From a virus, in IMG/VR virus record IMGVR_UViG_3300030012_001663, positions 1 to 64,000 of that record: a stretch of 64,000 nt of DNA; one strand, 5' to 3'. A program made the position numbers and the translations under genes. Below the pieces are notes generated by a model. It ran no database searches. It was not told the DNA's origin and was given only the letters and a program-made list of their open reading frames with translations. Below, in pieces: positions 1-8,454 of this stretch (positions are counted from its first letter, which is position 1; every line of letters starts with the position of its first letter).

Positions 1-4
1 AGCC

Positions 5-76
5 ATGAATGGCATACTAATAATAACAGTAATATTATTATATATACTATTACTATACTTAATATCTATAGGGTGA
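5..76 (+). CDS. Possible 23-aa hydrophobic peptide (MNGILIITVILLYILLLYLISIG)
   Basis: Translated by hand; single TM-like stretch; could be spurious in AT-rich DNA. Confidence 0.3.
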   Translation: MNGILIITVILLYILLLYLISIG

Positions 77-148
77 CCTATAGTATCACACTTCCTTAAG
101 GAGTAGTTTGTTTATTGTTTTTGGTTAAGGTAAGTGATAACCAGTGAG

Positions 149-191
149 AGGGGAGAACAGGGTGGATCTAACGGGGTTCACCTTTCTCCCT
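149..191 (+). promoter_or_regulatory. GC-rich long intergenic hairpin
   Basis: GGGAGAA/TTCTCCC plus GGGTGGATCT/GGGTTCACCT (with G-U pairs) upstream of ORF 212. Confidence 0.5.
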
Positions 192-211
192 GATCATACA
201 AATTTAAAATT

Positions 212-1084
212 ATGAATCAATTAGAAAGAAATCAAGTAATACAAGGATTTAAGATCATTTGCTGGATTATTGTCAAGTGTATAGGCTTTGCTATAGGTGT
301 AGCCGGGCTCTTGTACCTTATACTATCTATATTCACTCTATCAGCACACGCTCAATCATCTAATATAGAAGATAGATTTGGGTATCCTGATGGATATGAA
401 AGAATATATAATGATACTTACAGTAAATTCCTGAGACAACATCCATTGAAAGACAATAACGTAGTTAAATACTTCAATGGCAAGAGAAAATATAATAATA
501 ATGTATGGGCAGCTGTATATGATTATGATATTGGACCAAGAAACTTACACCAATGTGCAGATGCAGTAATATATATGCGTGCAAGTTGGATGTATAGTGA
601 AGGCAGAGGGGATGATATTGAATTAGTGGCCAGTGATGGCACTATTATGCCTTATAGAGACTGGCTCAAGGGTGTTATATGGACACCAGAGGGTAATGGT
701 CTTAAGCAAGTGATGACAAAACCACGTAAAGATAACTGTGAAACATTCAGAAAGTATCTTGACCATGTATTTATATGGGCAGGTACGTATAGTTTACAAA
801 CATATGAGACTTATCAGGTAGATATCTATGATATTCAACCAGGTGATGTCTTTGTAGTAGGTGGATTTCCAGGACATGCAGTCAATGTAGTAGATGTTGG
901 CGTTAATGAAGAGACTGGACATAAGTATTTTATATTAGCACAAAGCTATATGCCTGCACAGCAGAATCAAATACTACTTAATCCTGCTACAGGAGATGTA
1001 TTCTATGAGTTATTTGACTTTATGACTGAAGTCAGAACACCAGACTGGACATTTCACGTAAATGACTTAAGAAGATGGCACTAA
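212..1084 (+). CDS. DUF4846-family exported protein
   Basis: N-terminal hydrophobic segment; motifs LHQCADAV, GDVFVVGGFPGHAV, LAQSYMPAQ. Confidence 0.75.
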   Translation: MNQLERNQVIQGFKIICWIIVKCIGFAIGVAGLLYLILSIFTLSAHAQSSNIEDRFGYPDGYERIYNDTYSKFLRQHPLKDNNVVKYFNGKRKYNNNVWAAVYDYDIGPRNLHQCADAVIYMRASWMYSEGRGDDIELVASDGTIMPYRDWLKGVIWTPEGNGLKQVMTKPRKDNCETFRKYLDHVFIWAGTYSLQTYETYQVDIYDIQPGDVFVVGGFPGHAVNVVDVGVNEETGHKYFILAQSYMPAQQNQILLNPATGDVFYELFDFMTEVRTPDWTFHVNDLRRWH

Positions 1085-1734
1085 ATGATGATGGCACAGT
1101 AACTTTACCGTTATCTACAGTGAAAAGTATGTTGAAGAGTATATATGCAGACGTTCATAACGTTGATGCAATCATAGATCTTACAGTATCTAATCTAGAT
1201 CAGGACAATATAGGTTGGATATTTAAGCTCTTGCATCAAGAATCTGCATATATACCTTTGCATAAGGGTGACTATGTAAAATTTAAACCTAATCCTTATG
1301 ATGAAGGTGATAAATTTCATGTAGATATCCTTATAGATATGGGTCTCTATGATAATGGGTACTGTTACGGTAAGATATTGAAGGACACATCATGGGGTAA
1401 AGGCTTTAATCCATATCATAAAGAGATGGTTGTACAAGCATTGTGGCATGATGAAGATAAAAAAGTTAAACATGAAGAAGTTAACTGTAAAACAATGATG
1501 CTTCAGCGTGTAAACAAATTAGATATACCTCATTTTAATTTAAACAAACTGATGTCAAGAATATCACCAAGCTTATTAGAATCTGAGATCTACAATTGGA
1601 CGGGTAATCCTGAAGATTTTGGTCCATATATGAATAAAAGATATTTATTTAAGGATAAAGATCTTGATAACTGCCTAAATGTAGATGATGCAAAGAAAAT
1701 AATTCTTAGCAAACATGTCACGGAAGCAGTATAA
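1075..1734 (+). CDS. Hypothetical protein
   Basis: 219-aa ORF overlapping both neighbours. Confidence 0.7.
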   Translation: MALNDDGTVTLPLSTVKSMLKSIYADVHNVDAIIDLTVSNLDQDNIGWIFKLLHQESAYIPLHKGDYVKFKPNPYDEGDKFHVDILIDMGLYDNGYCYGKILKDTSWGKGFNPYHKEMVVQALWHDEDKKVKHEEVNCKTMMLQRVNKLDIPHFNLNKLMSRISPSLLESEIYNWTGNPEDFGPYMNKRYLFKDKDLDNCLNVDDAKKIILSKHVTEAV

Positions 1735-1969
1735 AACATTTGGTATTGTTAATAGAGAAGTAATCACTGATCCTTCTTTATCAAAGAATGCTAAAGTAAT
1801 ATATACACTTATTTGTTGTTATTGTGGTGATAAGTCAACATGTTATCCATCAAACGGAACCATTGCTGACTCACTTAATATAGGTCTTAGGACTACAATA
1901 AGAGGTATAAAAGAGCTAAAAGATGCTAAAATAATAGAAAGAAAAGGCAGATTTTTCAAATTGATTTAG
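1715..1969 (+). CDS. Winged helix-turn-helix protein (HTH_36-like)
   Basis: LSKNAKVIYTLI..CYPSNGTIADSLNIGLRTTIRGIKELKDAKII pattern. Confidence 0.8.
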   Translation: MSRKQYKTFGIVNREVITDPSLSKNAKVIYTLICCYCGDKSTCYPSNGTIADSLNIGLRTTIRGIKELKDAKIIERKGRFFKLI

Positions 1970-2082
1970 TATTGATAGCTATATATTAGTAAAAAGTTTT
2001 GAGATAAGACTAATAAACATTGTGTTTAATCATATATGAACTGTAATAATTATTATTTTTGTTTGAGTCAGACAAAATTATT

Positions 2083-2355
2083 ATGATACTACAGTTACCA
2101 AGCGGGAGAGTTATTGAATTATCAGTAGAACAATATCTTGCGCTGTCTGATGAAGAAATACAAGAGCTTAATGGTCTTAGCTCAGCATATACAATGGAAA
2201 TATCAAATCCTTTTCATAGATCTTATGCATCTACTGCAAGAGAGCAGGCATTTGAAGATATGAAAGAGCATATTGAAGAAAGAGAACCCGCATTAGATGA
2301 GTTCACTGAAATAGATAAGCTTGAGGATGAGTACTTTCACTCAGATGATATTTAA
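2083..2355 (+). CDS. Acidic hypothetical protein
   Basis: ORF; ATG 2083 after an A/T-rich leader preferred over TTG 2059. Confidence 0.65.
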   Translation: MILQLPSGRVIELSVEQYLALSDEEIQELNGLSSAYTMEISNPFHRSYASTAREQAFEDMKEHIEEREPALDEFTEIDKLEDEYFHSDDI

Positions 2356-2387
2356 ATAATAATTTTTCAACTTTAAATTTTTTAATT

Positions 2388-2978
2388 ATGCAAGGCAAAG
2401 TCCAAATTGTGGCTGATGACAGCGGTGCTGTTATCCGTCAATCAAAAAACAACCCAGATTACGGTCATGTTAGACTAGTACAAGAAAGAGTTACTTTTGG
2501 TAACGCTGGTTGGGTTAAAAGAAATGTAGTATCTACACTATTACACGGTACTATAGAAGATCTACAAGAAACAGGTATTGCAAATCAAACTACATTACCT
2601 GGTAAAATTGTAGTAAAAGAGCAGCTTACACCGTTCAATGAAGAAAATCCAGATAGAGACCTGAAATATGCAGGTGATACTGGTATTATCTGTTGTGCAC
2701 ATGGTGAGCCTATCTATAGAAAGACTTTCTTTACCACAGATGCTAACGCTGAGGACATCTTTGTAGCACATACTAACGGAGATGCTATCAGAGAAGCAAA
2801 TGGTACGGGAAACAAGCTTAAAGACGTTGTAAAAGCAACGCCAGAAGAAGCTTTTGAAGATAATAACTCTAAACAAGTAGATTTAGAGGACTCTATCTCT
2901 GAAATTGAAAATGAAGAGGTAGTAGAAGACACAGTAGAGGAAGAAGAAGCTGTTGAGGCAGAAACTTTTGAGCTGTAA
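2388..2978 (+). CDS. Putative ssDNA-binding protein (beta-rich, acidic C-terminal tail)
   Basis: Beta-rich N-terminus; very acidic tail ending EAETFEL; function inferred. Confidence 0.45.
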   Translation: MQGKVQIVADDSGAVIRQSKNNPDYGHVRLVQERVTFGNAGWVKRNVVSTLLHGTIEDLQETGIANQTTLPGKIVVKEQLTPFNEENPDRDLKYAGDTGIICCAHGEPIYRKTFFTTDANAEDIFVAHTNGDAIREANGTGNKLKDVVKATPEEAFEDNNSKQVDLEDSISEIENEEVVEDTVEEEEAVEAETFEL

Positions 2979-2991
2979 TTCTCATAAACGC

Positions 2992-3086
2992 ATACTATAG
3001 GTCTCATAATCCTGTAGTATTTTCATAATTATCTGAAATTTAGTTAGGGAAGGGCCCTCTTGGATCGCGTCAGGGGGCCCACTAAC
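2992..3086 (+). promoter_or_regulatory. Two intergenic hairpins
   Basis: ATACTATAGG/CCTGTAGTAT (2992-3020); GTTAG..GGGCCCTCT/AGGGGGCCC..CTAAC (3043-3086). Confidence 0.5.
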
Positions 3087-3114
3087 GTTATATCACTTAC
3101 TAAAACTTAATAAA

Positions 3115-3633
3115 ATGCTTAATAAAGAACAAATAAAACAATTAACAACACTAAAGAAAAAAGAATTACTATCACAAAGAGAAGAAAGACTAAACTATTA
3201 TGGTATACTTGATGAATATCAGTTACACCCAAAAGATTTAGTACAAGATTTAAGTTACCGTAAACTTAATCCCTATCAACATTTTTTGTTTAAACGTGTA
3301 CTACATGGTTTAAACATATATAGTAAAGATGAGGTTGCTAAACTTCATTGGGATAAGAAGAGAAGAGTAACAAGAGTATGGAAAAGAGGTCAAAGAGAAC
3401 TAAACTCATGGAAACAATATATATGTAATAAGAAAGTAAATGAATACTTTAGGAAAACATTTACTGGTCCTATGGCAGAGTATATAATATCAATACCACC
3501 AGAAGAAGTATTGGAAGATTATAAGAATACTATGTCACTAAAAGACTTGGGTATTACGTATGAAGATGTTATCTTGCGGTTTATGAGCAAGGGTCTCTTG
3601 CCTAAGAACTTTTTAACTGTAAAAGGTGAATGA
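3115..3633 (+). CDS. Basic hypothetical protein
   Basis: 172-aa ORF, ATGA overlap with next gene. Confidence 0.7.
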   Translation: MLNKEQIKQLTTLKKKELLSQREERLNYYGILDEYQLHPKDLVQDLSYRKLNPYQHFLFKRVLHGLNIYSKDEVAKLHWDKKRRVTRVWKRGQRELNSWKQYICNKKVNEYFRKTFTGPMAEYIISIPPEEVLEDYKNTMSLKDLGITYEDVILRFMSKGLLPKNFLTVKGE

Positions 3634-4037
3634 TACAACAGAAGAAGAAGCTATGTAATAATTGCAATACCATGCAATTCATTTGGAAGAATGATAAAGG
3701 CAACAGGTATTGCAAATATTGCTGGCACAAAAGAAAAGAGCCTGATTCAAAGCCATTAAAGGTTAGAAAGCCTATTAATCCTAAATCAAAGAAGATGCAA
3801 GCTATAGATCTAGCATATTCCAAGATTAGAAAGAAATTTATGTTAAATAAACCTGTATGTGAAGCAGGTCTACCTGGTTGTACTGTACAAGCTACTGATG
3901 TACACCATAAAAAAGGTAGAGGACAATATCATTTAAGTGTAAACACTTGGATATCTGTATGCAGATCATGCCACACGTGGATTGAAGAACACCCAGAACA
4001 AGCTATAGAGCTAGGATATTCTGAGAAAAGAATATAG
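3630..4037 (+). CDS. Zn-finger HNH-type nuclease (NinG/Rap-like)
   Basis: CNNC..CKYC; VCE..PGC..TDVHHKKGRG..VCRSCHTWI. Confidence 0.7.
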   Translation: MIQQKKKLCNNCNTMQFIWKNDKGNRYCKYCWHKRKEPDSKPLKVRKPINPKSKKMQAIDLAYSKIRKKFMLNKPVCEAGLPGCTVQATDVHHKKGRGQYHLSVNTWISVCRSCHTWIEEHPEQAIELGYSEKRI

Positions 4038-4042
4038 ACTAT

Positions 4043-4116
4043 GCCCGTATAGCTCAATTGGATAGAGCAACAGCCTTCTAAGCTGTAGGTTCAAGGTTCA
4101 AGTCCTTGTGCGGGTA
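4043..4116 (+). tRNA. trnR: tRNA-Arg (anticodon TCT), no encoded CCA
   Basis: Cloverleaf: GCCCGTA/TGCGGGT acceptor, GCTC/GAGC D arm, ACAGC-CTTCTAA-GCTGT anticodon arm, CAAGG-TTCAAGT-CCTTG T arm. Confidence 0.95.
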
Positions 4117-4129
4117 CAAAGAAATTTAT

Positions 4130-5233
4130 ATGACACAGAGAGAAGTAGTACAAAATGATGCACTATCAATAGCAACACAACATAAAAGATGTGGATTAGG
4201 TATATCTATGGGCGTAGGTAAAACTAGAATAGCCATAGAGCACCTGAAGAAAAATTACAATCCCTTTATAAAAGCACTTGTAGTTGTTCCTAAGAATACT
4301 GTAATGAAATCTTGGACAACTGAATTAGATAAGATGGGTGATGATGATTTATTGAATCATATTACTTTCACTACTTATTTATCTATCAATAAACATAACC
4401 CGGCAGACTATGATATAGTATATCTTGATGAGTGCCATAGTTTATTGTTAACACATGAACCATTCTTAAGTCAGTTTACAGGTAGAATATTAGGTCTAAC
4501 AGGTACACCGCCAAGAAGAATGGATAGTGTAAAAGGTAGGCTAGTAAATAAATACTGTCCTATCAAGTATACATTCAAGGTAGATGATGCAACTGACTCA
4601 CATATATTAAATGATTATAATATTATTATACATGAGCTATCATTATCACCACTTAAGAATGTAAAGAAGAAAAGGAAAGATGGAGGAGTATGGTATCAAT
4701 CAGAACTAAATGATTACAGATGGATCATTAGTGTCATAGATAAAGCACAAACACCAAAGCAGAAGCAATGGGCTTCTATTATGCGTATGAGAGCTTTGAT
4801 GGACTATGAAACTAAAGAGAAATATGTAAGAACTTTGATACCACAGATCAAGAGCAAATGCATCATCTTTGCAAATACTATGGAGCAAGCAGATAGAGTG
4901 TGTACACACAGCTACCATTCTAAGAACTCTAATAGTGATTATAATCTTGAACTATTCAGTGATGGGCGTATAGATAAGTTATCATGCGTGTTACAATTAT
5001 CAGAAGGTGTTACAATTCCTGGTCTCAAAGCCGGTATTATTATGCATGCCTATGGTAATGAGAAGAAGACAGCACAGAGGATTGGTAGGCTATTAAGACT
5101 TAATCCAACTGAGACAGCAACTTGTCACATACTGTGTTACAAAGGTACTCAAGATGAGTATTGGATTAAGAATGCACTAAAAGATTTTGATCAAAGTAAA
5201 ATTAAACGTTATAATCCTGGAAAACATGGGTAG
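4130..5233 (+). CDS. Superfamily 2 (DExH) helicase
   Basis: MGVGKT, YLDECH, GLTGTP, LSEGV, QRIGRLLR; ATG 4130 avoids overlap with the tRNA. Confidence 0.9.
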   Translation: MTQREVVQNDALSIATQHKRCGLGISMGVGKTRIAIEHLKKNYNPFIKALVVVPKNTVMKSWTTELDKMGDDDLLNHITFTTYLSINKHNPADYDIVYLDECHSLLLTHEPFLSQFTGRILGLTGTPPRRMDSVKGRLVNKYCPIKYTFKVDDATDSHILNDYNIIIHELSLSPLKNVKKKRKDGGVWYQSELNDYRWIISVIDKAQTPKQKQWASIMRMRALMDYETKEKYVRTLIPQIKSKCIIFANTMEQADRVCTHSYHSKNSNSDYNLELFSDGRIDKLSCVLQLSEGVTIPGLKAGIIMHAYGNEKKTAQRIGRLLRLNPTETATCHILCYKGTQDEYWIKNALKDFDQSKIKRYNPGKHG

Positions 5234-5462
5234 AATGAAAGAAATGTATATGCAAATGGTTGAAGAAGAATATAATGGCAGCCATGATGCATTTATACAA
5301 GAATTAGCACGTGTGACATGTGAAGAGTTTATACATGAAGACTCTATGCAATGTCCAAACTGTCACAATCATAGCATATTGCGTAATGAAACAGATGTAA
5401 TATGTGATGTATGTGGTCAGGAATTTATATTAGTAGAAGGTAACACTTTAAGATTTAAATAA
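5226..5462 (+). CDS. Small zinc-ribbon protein
   Basis: CPNC..CDVCG; likely start ATG 5226. Confidence 0.65.
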   Translation: MGRMKEMYMQMVEEEYNGSHDAFIQELARVTCEEFIHEDSMQCPNCHNHSILRNETDVICDVCGQEFILVEGNTLRFK

Positions 5463-5620
5463 TGAACTTAAATATATTTAAAAGAAAGATCCCAAAAAGA
5501 TATGTAACAATTGCAGAACGTAAAAGAAGAAGAGAAATGGAAATGCAAATAGTTAACATTATTGGTATAATATTTATAGCAATGATATTAGTTATGGGCG
5601 TAGTACTAATGGTTAATTAA
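5462..5620 (+). CDS. 52-aa basic protein with C-terminal TM helix (not in ORF track)
   Basis: MNLNIFKRKIPKR...IVNIIGIIFIAMILVMGVVLMVN; TAATG coupling; fills the gap exactly. Confidence 0.65.
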   Translation: MNLNIFKRKIPKRYVTIAERKRRREMEMQIVNIIGIIFIAMILVMGVVLMVN

Positions 5621-5624
5621 TATT

Positions 5625-5894
5625 ATGAGTAAATACACACATGATTATGAACTTGATAATGGTCAGTGGGTAGAAGTTGAGTATGAGTATGACCCAGGAG
5701 AACCTATGATACATACGTATCCTAATGGTGATCCAGGTCATCCTGGCTCAGCACCTTCTGTCAATATATATGCAGCATATGCTGAAGTAAAAGATAAGAA
5801 TGGTCTTTTAGTAAGCGTAAACATCTGGCCTTATTTATGTCTAGATGATCAAGCTGATATAGAAGAGAAACTATATGATCACCATGAAGAATAA
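5625..5894 (+). CDS. Acidic hypothetical protein
   Basis: 89-aa ORF in operon context. Confidence 0.65.
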   Translation: MSKYTHDYELDNGQWVEVEYEYDPGEPMIHTYPNGDPGHPGSAPSVNIYAAYAEVKDKNGLLVSVNIWPYLCLDDQADIEEKLYDHHEE

Positions 5895-6267
5895 TATATT
5901 TGTCACGCTGGCTGTTAAAAACGGTCAGCTTGACTTTCCAAATAAAGCACAAGAGAGTAGGTTTACCAACTTTCTTAAAGACGTCCCAGATGGAACTGCA
6001 ATAGATCTACATATGGGCTATAGTACAGATAAAGGTAGTAATGCACAACTTGCAAGAGCTCATGCAATGATAAGAGAGATAGCACAGTACCTTGGATATA
6101 CTTTTGAAGAGATTAAGTTACAAGCTAAGCGCCAAGCTGGCCTATGCTTTACAAGAAATAATGTAGAGTATTGTAAATCCTTTGCACAATGTGATAAGGA
6201 TGAACTTAATTTAGTGATACAAGCTCTGATAGAGATTGGAGACTTTAATGGAATGCAATTACGTTGA
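5884..6267 (+). CDS. NinB/DUF1367-like recombination accessory protein
   Basis: SNAQLARAHAMIREIAQYLGYTFEEIK..S....KDELNLVIQ pattern. Confidence 0.5.
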   Translation: MKNNIFVTLAVKNGQLDFPNKAQESRFTNFLKDVPDGTAIDLHMGYSTDKGSNAQLARAHAMIREIAQYLGYTFEEIKLQAKRQAGLCFTRNNVEYCKSFAQCDKDELNLVIQALIEIGDFNGMQLR

Positions 6268-6681
6268 TTGACTATTTACATCATCAGTAATCTTCTTCTC
6301 TAATTCTTTAACTATATCAGCTTGACCTTGTAAAACAGCTTCCGTAAGCTTCTTTAAGTCTTCTTTATCAATAGTTCTATCATCCTTGATAGCTAAACCT
6401 TGTTCAGTTGCTTGATATCTAAGTAACTCTAATAAAGAGTATATAGCATACATATGCTGTTCATACCATTTAAATTTAGCATCTTCAAGTTTGATTTCAC
6501 CTGATATAACATCACCGCATTTTCTGATGATTGGTCCTACGTCCTCTGGATTAGGAATAACACTATTAATATAATACATTAATACATCTTGGAATGCATA
6601 GATATAACCTGGATTTATTGTAATATTTTCAATATTCTTTGTTGTATCCCACTTAGGAGCTACATTAATTTTTTCACTCAT
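6259..6681 (-). CDS. Hypothetical protein, lone inverted gene in the early arm
   Basis: 140-aa ORF filling the gap, with its own promoter at 6717-6746. Confidence 0.7.
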   Translation of the reverse strand: MSEKINVAPKWDTTKNIENITINPGYIYAFQDVLMYYINSVIPNPEDVGPIIRKCGDVISGEIKLEDAKFKWYEQHMYAIYSLLELLRYQATEQGLAIKDDRTIDKEDLKKLTEAVLQGQADIVKELEKKITDDVNSQST

Positions 6682-6694
6682 AATAAATAATTTT

Positions 6695-7429
6695 ATGCAA
6701 ATAGAAATGTTTCAAACAAATTTAGATAAAAATAACGAGAACTCAATAGATATCAATGAAAAAAGAGTCAAACTAATAGAGAAGTTTGGTGATAGCAGAT
6801 GGTTATCTATACTTGGGCCATGGATAAATGGTCCTGATCATACTAACGTATTTAATTACTTAGTAAATCAAATAAATGAAGGTAAAAGGTTCACACCCAA
6901 ATATGGAGATATATTCAATGCGTTTTTGCATTGTGAGCCTGGGGACGTAAAGGTAGTAATTATTGGACAAGATCCATACCCACAAGCTGGAGTTGCTGAC
7001 GGGATTGCGTTTAGCTGTAGCAAGAAAGGGAAAGCTGAGGCTTCTCTACGCTACATCTTTTCAACACTGTATCAGAACATACATAGCGCTGATCCGGATT
7101 TGTCAAGATGGTCTAAGCAGGGAGTTATACTTCTAAACACTGCCTTTACTACCCAAGTTCAAGCAGTGGGCGCCCATTATGAAGTATGGAAACCCTTCAC
7201 TGCCTATCTCCTTAAAGAGATTAATAATCTAAGTGATAAACTTGCTATTGTATATATGGGTCGTAAGGCTCAACAGTATGAAAAGTATTTCCCTGGTCAA
7301 TATAATATACATCTACCTCATCCAGCCTCAGCTGCGTATCGTGGTGGTAAATGGGAACACAATGACTGTTGGAACCGTATCAATGAACACTTAAAATCGG
7401 TTAATAAACCCTTGATAAACTGGGTATAA
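6695..7429 (+). CDS. ung: Uracil-DNA glycosylase, family 1
   Basis: VVIIGQDPYP, ADGIAFS, WSKQGVILLN, HPAS. Confidence 0.93.
   Translation: MQIEMFQTNLDKNNENSIDINEKRVKLIEKFGDSRWLSILGPWINGPDHTNVFNYLVNQINEGKRFTPKYGDIFNAFLHCEPGDVKVVIIGQDPYPQAGVADGIAFSCSKKGKAEASLRYIFSTLYQNIHSADPDLSRWSKQGVILLNTAFTTQVQAVGAHYEVWKPFTAYLLKEINNLSDKLAIVYMGRKAQQYEKYFPGQYNIHLPHPASAAYRGGKWEHNDCWNRINEHLKSVNKPLINWV
6717..6746 (-). promoter_or_regulatory. Flavobacterium-type sigma70 promoter (TTG-N19-TAAATTTG)
   Basis: Exact match to the -33/-7 consensus on the - strand, 35 nt upstream of ATG 6681. Confidence 0.7.
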
Positions 7430-7442
7430 AATCGTATATTTA
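7412..7442 (+). promoter_or_regulatory. Flavobacterium-type promoter (TTG-N20-TATATTTA)
   Basis: Near-consensus match upstream of the replication operon. Confidence 0.55.
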
Positions 7443-7462
7443 CATTTCAAAAACCAATTAAT

Positions 7463-7960
7463 ATGTCGTTAGAACAAGACGTAGAAATCATCCGTACTTA
7501 TCTTAAAAGAAAATATAAGCGTTATGCAAATCTTTATGTTTACAAATCTGTAGACAGGAATAGAGAACTGGATGAAACTGTAAAAAATGCTCTTGAATAT
7601 ACAAGATTAGCATTTCCTGAATGTAACATAGGTAACACTTTTAAAGGCACAACAAGAAAGCGTGAGGTAGTTGCAATAAAGCAAGCACTCATGTATATCT
7701 TAAGAAGAGAAAGGTGTTATAAGAGTAGTGCTATAGCAAGAGCTATGGGTATGCATCATGCAACAGTACTACATGCAGAGAAAGTAGGAGATAATATGAT
7801 AGCAACCAAGGATGAATTATTTTTAGACGCATATGATAACTTAACTAAATATTTGACAGATGTGGGACTTACTGAATCTGATAATAAAAAAGGGCTTAAC
7901 CCCAAATCAATGTCTCTTGCTATTTTCCATAAAGGAGAAAATATCACTGAGTCAATATAA
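7463..7960 (+). CDS. DnaA C-terminal (domain IV)-like HTH DNA-binding protein
   Basis: TRKREVVAIKQALMYILR..SAIARAMGMHHATVLHA resembles the DnaA domain IV pattern R..R.IV..RQ..MYL...IG..F..DHTTV.HA. Confidence 0.7.
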   Translation: MSLEQDVEIIRTYLKRKYKRYANLYVYKSVDRNRELDETVKNALEYTRLAFPECNIGNTFKGTTRKREVVAIKQALMYILRRERCYKSSAIARAMGMHHATVLHAEKVGDNMIATKDELFLDAYDNLTKYLTDVGLTESDNKKGLNPKSMSLAIFHKGENITESI

Positions 7961-8453
7961 TACTAGTAAGACAAAAGAATTACTAGTACGTAAAGGATTT
8001 CTAACTATAGAGGATGGTGTATATAAACTTACACCTGAATCTACTAAAGTATTAGCAGTCCTTGATAGTTACTTTATAAAAGCAAAGAAGAAAACTGATG
8101 CAGAAATAATGGGTAAAAACTTTGTCAAGCATATAGAGCAGTATAGAGAGATCTTTCCTGCTAAAAGATTACCAAGTGGTAAACCGGCAAGACAAAATAT
8201 TAAAGCATTATCTACAGCATTCAGATGGTTCTTCTCTTCTTATGGTCACACATGGGAAGATATTATTAAAGCAACTAAAATGTATGTAAATGAATATAGA
8301 GATAAAGACTATAGATATATGGTAACAAGTCAATATTTTATTTGCAAACAAGATAAAAATAAGGTCAAATCATCTCCATTGGCAGACTATTGTGATCTTA
8401 TAAAAGAAGGAATAGATACTGAAGATAAACACTTTAAAGAAAAAGTAGTATAG
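7860..8453 (+). CDS. Putative replication initiator/helicase loader
   Basis: wHTH-like N-terminus; directly upstream of dnaB; function inferred. Confidence 0.45.
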   Translation: MWDLLNLIIKKGLTPNQCLLLFSIKEKISLSQYNTSKTKELLVRKGFLTIEDGVYKLTPESTKVLAVLDSYFIKAKKKTDAEIMGKNFVKHIEQYREIFPAKRLPSGKPARQNIKALSTAFRWFFSSYGHTWEDIIKATKMYVNEYRDKDYRYMVTSQYFICKQDKNKVKSSPLADYCDLIKEGIDTEDKHFKEKVV

Positions 8454-8454
8454 T

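Noticed and set aside
4106-4129. Helicase start at 4106, and upstream starts for ORFs 11424, 13145, 33437, 34330, 39222 and 39568
   Set aside because: These extensions overlap the tRNA, the structured RNA or neighbouring genes; downstream ATGs have A-rich leaders and give sensible N-termini
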